The notes beneath the pieces are model-generated. The model saw only the letters and a program-made list of their open reading frames with translations, ran no database searches and had not been told where the DNA came from. From a virus (taxonomy: Duplodnaviria; Caudoviricetes), in the IMG/VR virus record IMGVR_UViG_3300029319_000429, positions 1 to 26,128 of that record: a DNA stretch of 26,128 nt. The stretch is one strand, 5' to 3'. The translations under genes were made by a program, and so were the position numbers. This document shows, in pieces, positions 17,562-26,128 of the stretch (within the stretch, counting starts at the first letter, position 1; each line of letters opens with the position of its first letter).

Positions 17562-18227
17562 TTAAAGTAATTTTCCATTAAATACATCATAAAGATGTTC
17601 TGCATATTTTCTGTAACCCTCTGTATAAGGATGGTTACTTTTATTAAGTTTAAAATCATTTTCAACACACCATTCCATACAACCCTTAAATCCGTCATGA
17701 AAATAAAAATTATCCCAATCTATACATTCTTCTAAATAACTGACTTTTTCATATTTTTGATAAAATTCAGATAATATATCTCTATGGGTTAAGAACAAAT
17801 ATTTTATGTTTTTTTGTTTTAAAAAATTTTGAATATTCAACATATTCAGTATAGTATGATAATATGCGTTTTGATTATCATACGCATATCTGTAATGGTG
17901 TTTTTTAAAATTAGGGAATTGTTCTTGTCCGCTGTGAACCCATCTGTCATTTTTAATCATATCATACCTATGCAATCCCGACCACATCACCATCACCACA
18001 AAATCTTTATCACTATATTGATTAACTAATTCATAAACTTTGTTAGCCATATAAAAAGAACCAACACCATTTTTACCATAATTAACACACGTTCTATTGG
18101 TTAATTTACCTAACCATGAAGGCCAACTATCTAATTCATAATGTTTTGCAGTAGTCATTACTGGCTGATTTTCATTATCATGACCTATTGTATAACTACA
18201 TCCAACTGCTAAAATATACTTATCCAT
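17562..18227 (-). CDS. SGNH/GDSL-hydrolase-like protein
   Basis: ILAVGCSYT (block I Ser), NYGKNGVGS (block II), VMWSG..R, HPYTEGY (block V His). Confidence 0.68.
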   Translation of the reverse strand: MDKYILAVGCSYTIGHDNENQPVMTTAKHYELDSWPSWLGKLTNRTCVNYGKNGVGSFYMANKVYELVNQYSDKDFVVMVMWSGLHRYDMIKNDRWVHSGQEQFPNFKKHHYRYAYDNQNAYYHTILNMLNIQNFLKQKNIKYLFLTHRDILSEFYQKYEKVSYLEECIDWDNFYFHDGFKGCMEWCVENDFKLNKSNHPYTEGYRKYAEHLYDVFNGKLL

Positions 18228-20728
18228 TAGAAAAATTTATTAAAACCAAAATCATCATTTGGTTCTTCCCATTTTAATGCTTCATACAACATCTTAACTT
18301 TCTTAGCAAGTGCTTGTTTGTAAATCTTATCTGTATCAATATGTTCTTTGATATATTCTAAAACTTGTGGTGGGTCTTCGTGTCCTTTGTAACATATTGT
18401 TTCAAACTTAAATGGATTGTCTTTTAAATAAGTCCATTTAATCTTCTCACCATTTCCAACTGACGGATATTTCTTATTCAACTTATTCAATAGTAGAAAG
18501 TTATTGTAGTTAATGGCTGATTTAATATGAACGGGCGTACCTTTCTTTGGTATCAATATACCCTCACCCTTTTCAATAAACTTCTTAACATTTTTTGCAG
18601 ATGTCGGCATAGCTATCGTATCATACTTTTTGAGTTTCATAGATTTCTTAAAGTTTAAGATAAACTCATCAATCTTACCCTTTGGAACATCAGCCAATAT
18701 ATCTTCTAATACTTTGGTAAGACACTCTTTGAACGCTGCAGGGAAACTTGAACGAACAATATCCAAACCCTTGACATGAAGTTTGTTTACCTTTACACCA
18801 TTGTCGTTGATAATCTTCATACCATATCGTTTCTTCGTAACGAACAACCCACCTTTTGCTATTAACTCCTGCTTAATCTCAAACCTATGTTCATCTATGT
18901 TACAAAACTTCTGAGCAAACAAGTCATAAGATTTATTCAGATATTTCTGAACATCCGATGCGATTTCTAATATCTTTTCTGTAACTATAGCTTCGTCTTT
19001 GATATCGACGTGTGGATATTTCTTCTCAATGATAGGAATAGCAGAATAGAAAACTGAATCTGTATCAATGTAAATACAATAATCGTCTTTATCACCCAAC
19101 GTAGAATTATAATAGTGATTAGCCATCCTCTTAGTATATTTAATCAGTTCTACACCTGTTGTCGTGGTTGCTTCTGCGTTATCCAAATCATAGAAACGAA
19201 ATACAGGCAATCCCAACACACCATACAATGAGTTTAGAACAACCTTTTGAATATATTGTCGTCTATCAAAGTATGCGTATTTGTCTTTATCACCTTGTTC
19301 AGCGAACTTCTTTGCTAACTTTCTAAACTGAACCCTATCATCAAACCACTTTTCCAACAACGTTGGTATGAGACCTCTTCTATCTTGTGTATATAATACA
19401 CCATTGGAAGATACAGATACATTATTATCATTTAAAAAGTTCTTAAATTCTGCTGTGGTTAACTTTGCAGTTTCTTTACCATACTTGTTGTTTATAGTAT
19501 ATGTCTTATCTACACCTTTCAAGAATGGTTCTACATCCCAACTATCTAACTTACCCAACTTAGTTTCGGGTGATATATTAAGACTCATAATGATAGATGG
19601 ATACATACTTGTAATATCTAAGTCATACACCCATTCGTGCTTACCCTTTTGAGGATCCTGAACATATGCACCTGTAAATTTATCATTACCATCCATCAAT
19701 TGTCTATTTGCTTTTACTTTATTCGGTGCTACAATACCAACCTTTTTAAGATAGACAAGAATAGCACCCTCAAGAAATCTTGATGAGTAATACACGTCTT
19801 CATATGGAACGTGTCCTAAGTGACAGATAGCTCTAGCGATATCAATAAAGTCTAATTTCTTGTCCAACTCTTGTAATATCAAAACGTCATTGATGTTGTA
19901 TTCAACAAACCTATTTCTGTCATTGTCATACAAATCATTTAATGTTCCCTCATAAGATACCTTTTTGATACCAACCTCTAACTCACCAATATCATCTAAT
20001 CGATATGAAGACCTCTCACCAAATGTAAGTTTCTTGTATAATTCAAGATAATCAAGTGAAGATACACCTGCTATCTTGTATGTTCCTCTATGTTTCTGAA
20101 ACTCTACGATACCGATAGGTGAAAGACAATTTGCAGCTTCTTGTCCTAATAATCTTATAGTTCTATTATATAGATAAGGAACGTCAAATCTATCACTATT
20201 CCAACCACTAATGATTGTTGGTGATATCTCAAGATATTTTGTGTAGAATGCTTTTAGTAAGTCTCTTTCATCTTGAAATTTAATAACAGTAGAATTACCA
20301 AAGAGACCTGTGTTCACTTTGTTCTCTTTATCAAGAACATAACAATAATATTGTTTAGTTAGTACGTCGTAGAATGCAATTGATGTGATGGTGTTATCAG
20401 CTCTATTGACATCAGGAAAACCTTGTGTGACTTCTACCTCAATATCAAAGAACATCACACGATGTCCCTCTGAAACATCATCGGAATCTGTATACTTATC
20501 AACCAAAAAACGTATTTCTGGTGCTACATCTGATTCAAATGGTATATCAGTTTCATCAATTCTACTGATTGGTAATTTTCTTAACTTATCACCATATAAA
20601 GATGTGTAGGTTCCTTTGGGATCCTTAACATATGCATATTGACTAAAGGGATGAACTGAATATCCAGTCTTGTCATCCCATATATGGATTCTTCGTCTCT
20701 TAAACTGATAAAAGATGTTCTGATATAT
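18227..20728 (-). CDS. polB: Family B DNA polymerase (T4 gp43-like), 833 aa if initiated at ATA 20728
   Basis: ExoI FDIEVE, ExoII GWNSDRFDVPYL, ExoIII YNINDV, DLDITSMYPS, KVVLNSLYG, YIDTDS. The frame is open 74 codons upstream of the ORF track's TTG 20506. Confidence 0.96.
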   Translation of the reverse strand: MYQNIFYQFKRRRIHIWDDKTGYSVHPFSQYAYVKDPKGTYTSLYGDKLRKLPISRIDETDIPFESDVAPEIRFLVDKYTDSDDVSEGHRVMFFDIEVEVTQGFPDVNRADNTITSIAFYDVLTKQYYCYVLDKENKVNTGLFGNSTVIKFQDERDLLKAFYTKYLEISPTIISGWNSDRFDVPYLYNRTIRLLGQEAANCLSPIGIVEFQKHRGTYKIAGVSSLDYLELYKKLTFGERSSYRLDDIGELEVGIKKVSYEGTLNDLYDNDRNRFVEYNINDVLILQELDKKLDFIDIARAICHLGHVPYEDVYYSSRFLEGAILVYLKKVGIVAPNKVKANRQLMDGNDKFTGAYVQDPQKGKHEWVYDLDITSMYPSIIMSLNISPETKLGKLDSWDVEPFLKGVDKTYTINNKYGKETAKLTTAEFKNFLNDNNVSVSSNGVLYTQDRRGLIPTLLEKWFDDRVQFRKLAKKFAEQGDKDKYAYFDRRQYIQKVVLNSLYGVLGLPVFRFYDLDNAEATTTTGVELIKYTKRMANHYYNSTLGDKDDYCIYIDTDSVFYSAIPIIEKKYPHVDIKDEAIVTEKILEIASDVQKYLNKSYDLFAQKFCNIDEHRFEIKQELIAKGGLFVTKKRYGMKIINDNGVKVNKLHVKGLDIVRSSFPAAFKECLTKVLEDILADVPKGKIDEFILNFKKSMKLKKYDTIAMPTSAKNVKKFIEKGEGILIPKKGTPVHIKSAINYNNFLLLNKLNKKYPSVGNGEKIKWTYLKDNPFKFETICYKGHEDPPQVLEYIKEHIDTDKIYKQALAKKVKMLYEALKWEEPNDDFGFNKFF

Positions 20729-20754
20729 AGCTATACCTCTTCAATTTAGTATGT

Positions 20755-20786
20755 GAATATACGAATAAAATAGTATGTAAGTCAAG
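20755..20786 (-). promoter_or_regulatory. Sigma70-type promoter CTTGACTTA-N15-GTATATTC, copy upstream of the DNA polymerase
   Basis: TTGACT (20785-20780), 18-nt spacer, TATATT (20761-20756). Shares TTTTATTCGTATATTC exactly with the 14037 copy. Confidence 0.8.
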
Positions 20787-20788
20787 CT

Positions 20789-22774
20789 TTATTTTATTTC
20801 TTCGCCTGGTATTTCACAACTGTCGTTATTACAGAATTTGTCTATCTCTGCTTCTTCGTTTTTGATTACACCGAAAGTAAGATTTTTGAGTTTCTTTACT
20901 TGTCTATTGTATTCCTTTTCATCGATTGCTTCATATGGCATTTGTGGATAAGCACCATAATCGTGTCTTGGTAGTAAAGAAATACCTTTCAAGTGATATT
21001 GAAAGTAGTTTAGTGCAGGTGCAATTTCATTAGCTTCTGTTTCAGGATCGAATGTTACAGTGCAACTTACTTGATTGTCAGCCCAATGTCTTTGCATAAA
21101 TGCTGCTAGACTGAATTGTTCCCAAATGGATAACTCACTTGCAGTTCTGATACCCTCACCAACATCTACAGGCACCTCAACTACGCAAGTTGTATCTTCA
21201 GAACCAAATGCAGGTTCTATCTTGTAACCTGCTTTTTGTAATGGTTCTAATAACTCTGAATGATTTGAAAGTCTCACTCTCCTAATATAGAACCGACTTT
21301 CGGGATAATGTAAGCCTGGAGTAGCACCAGCCAATAGTGAGACTGTACCACTTGGTTTAACTGAAGTAGTCTTAATGGAACGTGGTATTGCAAACCAATC
21401 TGAATACATCTTATCCCACTCTTGTATTGTATCATATCCATTCTCCAACCAATTTTTAAACTCATCTAATCCACGATTAGTTACAAACTGAGCTACACCA
21501 CTTACACTACATCCAATTCTTCTGTTTCTCAACATCACTCTGTTTGTGTCACTCCAATGTGTTCTACCAAGTGTTACCGATTTGGCATACAGATAAGCAT
21601 ATTTAAGTGTTCTCTGATAATCCTCTAACGAATCATGATTACTTGGAAATGTCTCCACTAAACAACATAACTCATATGATTCAAGTGATTGTTCAAGACA
21701 AGGATTACCACCAGCTACTCTATGGTCTTTGTTATCACCACCATTTTTCATTCTTGAGTAGTGTCTCATGTTATCCAACCAAGCAAAACCTGGCTCACCA
21801 TTGTCTACAATACGTTTTGCAGCTTCTGTATAATCCATACCAAGTTCTGCAAAGATAGAGTTATTACTTGTCCATCCATACATTTCTCTATGTGGATTTA
21901 CCTTGTAATTTTTTAAGTCTAAATACTCTTCTGAATCAGGGTCACCAAAAACTATTTCAGCAGTTCTACGAACATTTCCCGCTACAACACACTTACCAAT
22001 TAGATTCATTATATCTACAATCGTGGTTACTGTGATTGGTTCACCTGAATTACTCTCTAATACTTTTCTGATATCATCATGAACTTCTTTTAGTGGTTCT
22101 GGTCCCGAACTTACTCCACCAAAACCTTTGATTGGTTCTCCAGCTTCTCTTATTCCACTATAATCAAAATCTATTTCTGATGTTGCGTGGAAATAACTTT
22201 CTAATAATAGTCTGAGAGATTCAACCCAACCCTCTCTTGTATCGGGTATTTTGAATGTTTCTTTATTTCTATCTTTATTTACGCCCTTAACAACTATTTC
22301 ACCTGCACCTTTTGTATCAAATCCTACTCCGACACCCAACATAGAGGCATCCATGAGGAAACAAAATGGTTTTGAATAATCTTCTTTGAGTGTTTTAGTT
22401 GATACGAATGCACAATTGTTTAGAGCTGCATATAAACCTTTTTCTTCGGTGATTGGTGTTCCCATAGCCCATAAACCACGACCAGGTGGTAGGAATTTCA
22501 TATTAAAAATTCTATCATACATTTCTTGAGCTGACTTTTGAGCTTGCCAAGCATTCCAACCTAACTGATAATTGTCAATATGGTTTTTTTGCATGGAATA
22601 AGTTCCTTCTACAACTCGTCTAACCGTTTCCCACCACCTCTCGTTCTTACCATCGTCTTTGATACGAGAATACGTTCTCATGTAAACCAATTCCCCTAAT
22701 CCATTAAAACCGAAAGGTGCTTTCTTTCTCTTGTATTTATTGACGAAATTTTCCGATAACTTAAATTTTTCCAT
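20789..22774 (-). CDS. nrdJ: Class II adenosylcobalamin-dependent ribonucleotide reductase (monomeric RTPR type)
   Basis: RTYSR, PPGRGLW, LNNCAF, GNVRRTAEI, NPCLEQ..LCCLVE (thiyl Cys), NRRIG, TSVKPSGTVS, C-terminal FCNNDSC redox pair. No ATP cone. GGAGG SD. Confidence 0.95.
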   Translation of the reverse strand: MEKFKLSENFVNKYKRKKAPFGFNGLGELVYMRTYSRIKDDGKNERWWETVRRVVEGTYSMQKNHIDNYQLGWNAWQAQKSAQEMYDRIFNMKFLPPGRGLWAMGTPITEEKGLYAALNNCAFVSTKTLKEDYSKPFCFLMDASMLGVGVGFDTKGAGEIVVKGVNKDRNKETFKIPDTREGWVESLRLLLESYFHATSEIDFDYSGIREAGEPIKGFGGVSSGPEPLKEVHDDIRKVLESNSGEPITVTTIVDIMNLIGKCVVAGNVRRTAEIVFGDPDSEEYLDLKNYKVNPHREMYGWTSNNSIFAELGMDYTEAAKRIVDNGEPGFAWLDNMRHYSRMKNGGDNKDHRVAGGNPCLEQSLESYELCCLVETFPSNHDSLEDYQRTLKYAYLYAKSVTLGRTHWSDTNRVMLRNRRIGCSVSGVAQFVTNRGLDEFKNWLENGYDTIQEWDKMYSDWFAIPRSIKTTSVKPSGTVSLLAGATPGLHYPESRFYIRRVRLSNHSELLEPLQKAGYKIEPAFGSEDTTCVVEVPVDVGEGIRTASELSIWEQFSLAAFMQRHWADNQVSCTVTFDPETEANEIAPALNYFQYHLKGISLLPRHDYGAYPQMPYEAIDEKEYNRQVKKLKNLTFGVIKNEEAEIDKFCNNDSCEIPGEEIK

Positions 22775-22816
22775 GTGCTCTGGCTCCTCCTAATTTTCCT
22801 GTTAACCTTTACAAAA

Positions 22817-22825
22817 TATAACTAT
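22817..22825 (-). promoter_or_regulatory. ATAGTTATA motif (class ATAnTTATA) in the AT-rich spacer upstream of the RNR
   Basis: Lies within the 121-nt intergenic region 22775-22895; recurring motif. Confidence 0.35.
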
Positions 22826-22895
22826 AATATATATCAGATTAAAAACAAACTATTTTAAATTTTTATGATTTTTAAATAATTTTTTCTTCTCAGTT

Positions 22896-24272
22896 TTATT
22901 CGAAGCCCTCGACTTCACTATTTTTCATATCGTTATACTTACTTGCTAGTAATTTTCTCTTAAATTCTTCACTATTATCCATCTTACCTTGTTGTTCTTT
23001 ACCCGGTTGAGTTGTGGATTCATATATTTCTATCTTACCAAGATTGGTATTCATACTCATCGGATAAGTTATACCATCCATACCAAACCTATTCTTAATA
23101 ATATGACATCTTGCTGTATGACTTAACTTATCTTCAGCTTTTCTACTAATACTCATAACAAAATCTGCAATCATAATCTTACTATATGCTTCTGCTACTT
23201 TAGTAGCTTCGATTACCTCTTCTTCTAATGCTGAACGATTTGCTTGTGATGCTGTCCATATTGGAACTTTCAACTCACCTGCTAATCCTCTAAGTTCCTC
23301 ATAGACTGCGCCCAACTGATGTCTTACCTCTCTCATACCACTATTATCTCTCAAGATATCTGCGTAATCTACGATAATCATATCAGGTTTTATATTCTTG
23401 AGTTCTAATTGTTTGACGTGTGCTGCTAATGTATTTACTGTAGCTGAACGTGTTGGATAATACTTGATAACCATTCTACCCTCAAGTGAGTCAATCACTT
23501 TCTTCACGTCATCTTTCTGAAACTTAATATTTTGTGTAGTTATTCCACTAAAGACAGTATCGTATCTTAAACCAACATAAGTTTCATTCAACTCTAATGT
23601 ATAATGAACTACAGTAAATCCTCTCTTGATTGCACCTGCAGCTATACTCTGAAGTAACCAAGTTTTACCAACACCAGCTGGCGCAACTACAACACCTAAC
23701 TCACCCTCACCAAGACCACCATCCATAATCTCATTTGTAATATCCCAAGGCGTTTTGATTGTAACTCTTGTAGACTTAGTTAATCTCTCTTCAATACCCA
23801 CATTATAATCATGACCGATATCTACAGCAGTTCCAGCTTTCATAGCTGCATCTATAACTGTTTTTATACCATCATAGTTTTGATTTTCTAATAGACTTAC
23901 GGATTCCATGATAGCTGACTTTAGAACTTGATTCTTACAGAAATCTAATGTTTTTTCTTGAACAAATTGCAAATCATTTGCTTCTCTATGTCTCCAAGCA
24001 TCTTTAAGTGCTTCTACAATAGATAATCTAAACACGTCATTTTCAACATCATCAACTGCTATCTTAATTGCTTCTAACGTAGGTGTAGTTTTATATTTTA
24101 GAAAATAATCATTTATCTCTTTAATTAACCATTTATTTGAATCAGACTCAAAATATTCTGGCTGAAGAACTTCCATAATAGTCTGTAGGAACGTAGCATC
24201 AATTAAACATGATGTTATAACTTTAGATTGAAATGATGTTCCAAATTCAATTAAAGAGCTATTGTTCTCCAT
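22896..24272 (-). CDS. dnaB: Replicative DNA helicase (DnaB / T4 gp41-like, SF4)
   Basis: GGLGEGEL, Walker A APAGVGKT, YTLEL, Walker B IIVDYAD, WTASQANR, KNRFG. Confidence 0.93.
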   Translation of the reverse strand: MENNSSLIEFGTSFQSKVITSCLIDATFLQTIMEVLQPEYFESDSNKWLIKEINDYFLKYKTTPTLEAIKIAVDDVENDVFRLSIVEALKDAWRHREANDLQFVQEKTLDFCKNQVLKSAIMESVSLLENQNYDGIKTVIDAAMKAGTAVDIGHDYNVGIEERLTKSTRVTIKTPWDITNEIMDGGLGEGELGVVVAPAGVGKTWLLQSIAAGAIKRGFTVVHYTLELNETYVGLRYDTVFSGITTQNIKFQKDDVKKVIDSLEGRMVIKYYPTRSATVNTLAAHVKQLELKNIKPDMIIVDYADILRDNSGMREVRHQLGAVYEELRGLAGELKVPIWTASQANRSALEEEVIEATKVAEAYSKIMIADFVMSISRKAEDKLSHTARCHIIKNRFGMDGITYPMSMNTNLGKIEIYESTTQPGKEQQGKMDNSEEFKRKLLASKYNDMKNSEVEGFE

Positions 24273-24441
24273 ATAAATCTTTCGTAAGTTGTGTTTTAGA
24301 TAAATTCAATTTCTTCTGTCTATACTTATCTTTCATTTTTTTCAAAATGGTTTCCTTATTTCTATAATAGTAATCCATTTGCCATTTTCTCTGAGCATCT
24401 CTTTTCTCTTTAGCAGTGAAATATTTTTTTTTCCTACCCAT
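24259..24441 (-). CDS. Small basic helical protein, possibly nucleic-acid binding
   Basis: MGRKKKYFTAKEKRDAQRKWQMDYYYRNKE, 60 aa and K/R-rich. Overlaps both neighbours. Confidence 0.65.
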   Translation of the reverse strand: MGRKKKYFTAKEKRDAQRKWQMDYYYRNKETILKKMKDKYRQKKLNLSKTQLTKDLYGEQ

Positions 24442-25495
24442 CAGTTTGCTCCGCATATTTATCCATAGTGGTAAATGTTTGAGCTAACCAACTACTAACA
24501 TTTGGTAAGTTCTGAAATAGTCTATCTTCCATGAACATGGATTCGAATTTATATTTAACTAATCTTCTAATAGGACCTCTGATAGTATCAATCAATTTAG
24601 TTTTTGTTGAAGCACTTATATTAACATCTTCTAACTGCATCAGTTTGTAATTACGTTCTAATATATCTTTATTCTGTAATATCTTCACAAAGAATTTACC
24701 ATCATCATCTTTGTGTTTATGTGCGTATTGATATATCTCTTTCAGACTATAATTATTATTCTCTTCTCCCAAAGATGGTATATTTTTTACCAATGTTTTA
24801 GTAGCTATACCCTTGACACCACCTATATTATCAGACTTATCACCCTCAAATATTTTAGCCATAATAAAGTTCTCAGCAGTAACACAATACTCCTCTAATA
24901 CTGCTTCTTTATCATATAATTTTTTCTTGGTGGGAGACCAGACTTTAATGTCGTCTGATACTAATTGTAGGAAATCTTTGTCGGTTGACATAATCACTTT
25001 CTCACCATCAGGTATAACACTCTTTGCTATGTAAGCTATAGCATCATCAGCTTCTATACCATCCACAGATATAGTGGTTAGTGGAAGTAATTCAAGATAG
25101 TCTGCAACTCTTCTAAGTTGCATCATCATACTACGTCTTTCATCATCAGCGTTTTCTAATCCATCTACTCTATTAACTCTGTATGATGTTCTACGTTTAT
25201 TCTTGTAGTCGGAATATAATTTACGTCGGCGATTGCTCCCACCCTTACCATCAAACACGATTATGGTACGGGTGGGATTAAACATATTGATTGCAAATCC
25301 TATGCTTTTAAGGAAACCAACAATGCCACCAACATGAACGCCGTTTTCGTTTAGAGTCGGCATTACGCTGAACACTCTGATAAAGGTGTTCAAGCCGTCG
25401 ACTATTAGCACTTTTTTGTTTTTGTTCTGAAAGTTAACAGAACCACCTTTTTTCTTTATCTCATTCAGGATGGAAAGGTATCTGGTGTTTGACAT
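24434..25495 (-). CDS. Stand-alone 5'-3' exonuclease/flap endonuclease (PolA N-terminal domain / T4 RNase H family)
   Basis: LIVDGLN, VFDG, YKNKR, EADDAIAY, STDKDFLQL, GDKSDNIGGVKGI (H3TH). Confidence 0.93.
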   Translation of the reverse strand: MSNTRYLSILNEIKKKGGSVNFQNKNKKVLIVDGLNTFIRVFSVMPTLNENGVHVGGIVGFLKSIGFAINMFNPTRTIIVFDGKGGSNRRRKLYSDYKNKRRTSYRVNRVDGLENADDERRSMMMQLRRVADYLELLPLTTISVDGIEADDAIAYIAKSVIPDGEKVIMSTDKDFLQLVSDDIKVWSPTKKKLYDKEAVLEEYCVTAENFIMAKIFEGDKSDNIGGVKGIATKTLVKNIPSLGEENNNYSLKEIYQYAHKHKDDDGKFFVKILQNKDILERNYKLMQLEDVNISASTKTKLIDTIRGPIRRLVKYKFESMFMEDRLFQNLPNVSSWLAQTFTTMDKYAEQTDG

Positions 25496-26127
25496 TATTC
25501 ACCAACCACCTCTTCCGTTTCAACCACATCATCTATTCCCAAATCTTTCATATCATATTTTAATATAACCTTTTCACATATTTGTTCGTAAATGAATGAT
25601 TTGAAATCAGGATCTGATAGTTTTTCTCCGAATTCTTTTGATTGAAATTTATGTTCAGCTCCTAAGTGGTCTGTAAGTGTATACCATGCTCCAGCTTGTT
25701 TTACAATCTTATGGTCTTTCATTACTTTTAACCAACTACCTACATCATCAATACCACTCTCAAAGTATAAAGGAAACTCACAACTTCTTAGTGGTGGACC
25801 TAATCTATTCTTGACAACTTGTGCAAGTATAGTCATACCAATTACGTGGTTCTTTTTATCTTTGATTTGACCTTTGTTTTTCAATCTAACTCTTGTAGAT
25901 GCGTGAAATGGTAGAGCTTTACCACCACTTGTAGTCCAGGGGTCTCCGAACATCACACCTAACTTTTGTCTTAACTGATTAGTAAATACAAGAGCTACTC
26001 TCTGTCTACCAATCATTTGGGTAATTTTTCTCATAGCTTTCGATATGATAATTGCTTTAGAAGTAGCCCAACCATCCTTATCAAAGTCTGCTTCCATCTC
26101 TACATTAGTCGATGCAGCTGCAAGTGA
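25495..26127 (-). CDS. recA: RecA/UvsX recombinase, 5' end outside the window
   Basis: Frame open to the window edge (SLAAAST..). FTNQLRQKLGVMFGDPWTTSGGKALPFHAS, VVKNR, AGAWY. Confidence 0.93.
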   Translation of the reverse strand, partial: SLAAASTNVEMEADFDKDGWATSKAIIISKAMRKITQMIGRQRVALVFTNQLRQKLGVMFGDPWTTSGGKALPFHASTRVRLKNKGQIKDKKNHVIGMTILAQVVKNRLGPPLRSCEFPLYFESGIDDVGSWLKVMKDHKIVKQAGAWYTLTDHLGAEHKFQSKEFGEKLSDPDFKSFIYEQICEKVILKYDMKDLGIDDVVETEEVVGE

Positions 26128-26128
26128 G

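Larger units (their letters stand above)
1..26128 (-). other. Fragment of a large dsDNA bacteriophage genome: replication/nucleotide-metabolism module plus glycosylation cluster
   Basis: Single-strand gene packing with stop/start overlaps. T4-type set of family B polymerase, clamp, two clamp-loader subunits and gp41-like helicase, with RNR and RecA. No cellular housekeeping operons. Confidence 0.88.

Noticed and set aside
5978-21465. Nested minus-strand ORFs 5978-6178 and 21274-21465
   Set aside because: Out-of-frame ORFs fully inside stronger genes, with no motifs.
22745-22895. Cobalamin riboswitch, NrdR box or GGAAAATT repeat operator around the RNR start
   Set aside because: Spacer too short and AT-rich for a riboswitch, no convincing NrdR palindrome, and the short repeats are plausible by chance.
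18227-24272. Inteins or self-splicing introns in polymerase, RNR or helicase
   Set aside because: Frames are continuous, lengths are normal, and no splice motifs or homing endonuclease inserts were seen.
714-25034. All plus-strand ORFs in the track (e.g. 1991-2413, 7014-7367, 19368-19652)
   Set aside because: Short, Ser/Leu/Ile/Phe-rich antisense shadows of well-supported minus-strand genes, with no recognisable motifs.
1-26128. Stop-codon reassignment
   Set aside because: TAA, TAG and TGA all end genes exactly at junctions with the next start, and conserved genes are uninterrupted in the standard code.

Overview
AT-rich, densely packed segment with every credible gene on the minus strand, most consistent with a large dsDNA tailed phage carrying a T4-like replisome. 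In transcription order (right to left): RecA/UvsX (partial), 5'-3' flap exonuclease, small basic protein, DnaB/gp41-like helicase, class II (B12-dependent) ribonucleotide reductase, family B DNA polymerase (apparently starting at a non-canonical ATA), SGNH-like protein, sliding clamp, Mom-like enzyme 1, 2OG-Fe(II) oxygenase, small membrane protein, GT-A-like protein, HAD deoxyribonucleotidase, clamp loader ATPase, Zn-ribbon protein, clamp loader small subunit, Mom-like enzyme 2, Fe-S PD-(D/E)XK nuclease, hypothetical, SLOG/YspA protein and an RHH protein. A glycan-biosynthesis cluster follows: two GT4, GT2, GT-A, a putative kinase/ParB-like/nucleotidyltransferase fusion, DegT aminotransferase and an NAD-dependent epimerase (partial). 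Main leads: two Mom-family paralogues each overlapping a clamp or clamp-loader gene (candidate replication-coupled DNA hypermodification), the three-domain fusion protein, two apparent ATA starts, and two recurring promoter-like motifs. No tRNA, rRNA, CRISPR array, intron or intein was seen. All family assignments come from motif recognition by eye, not database searches.
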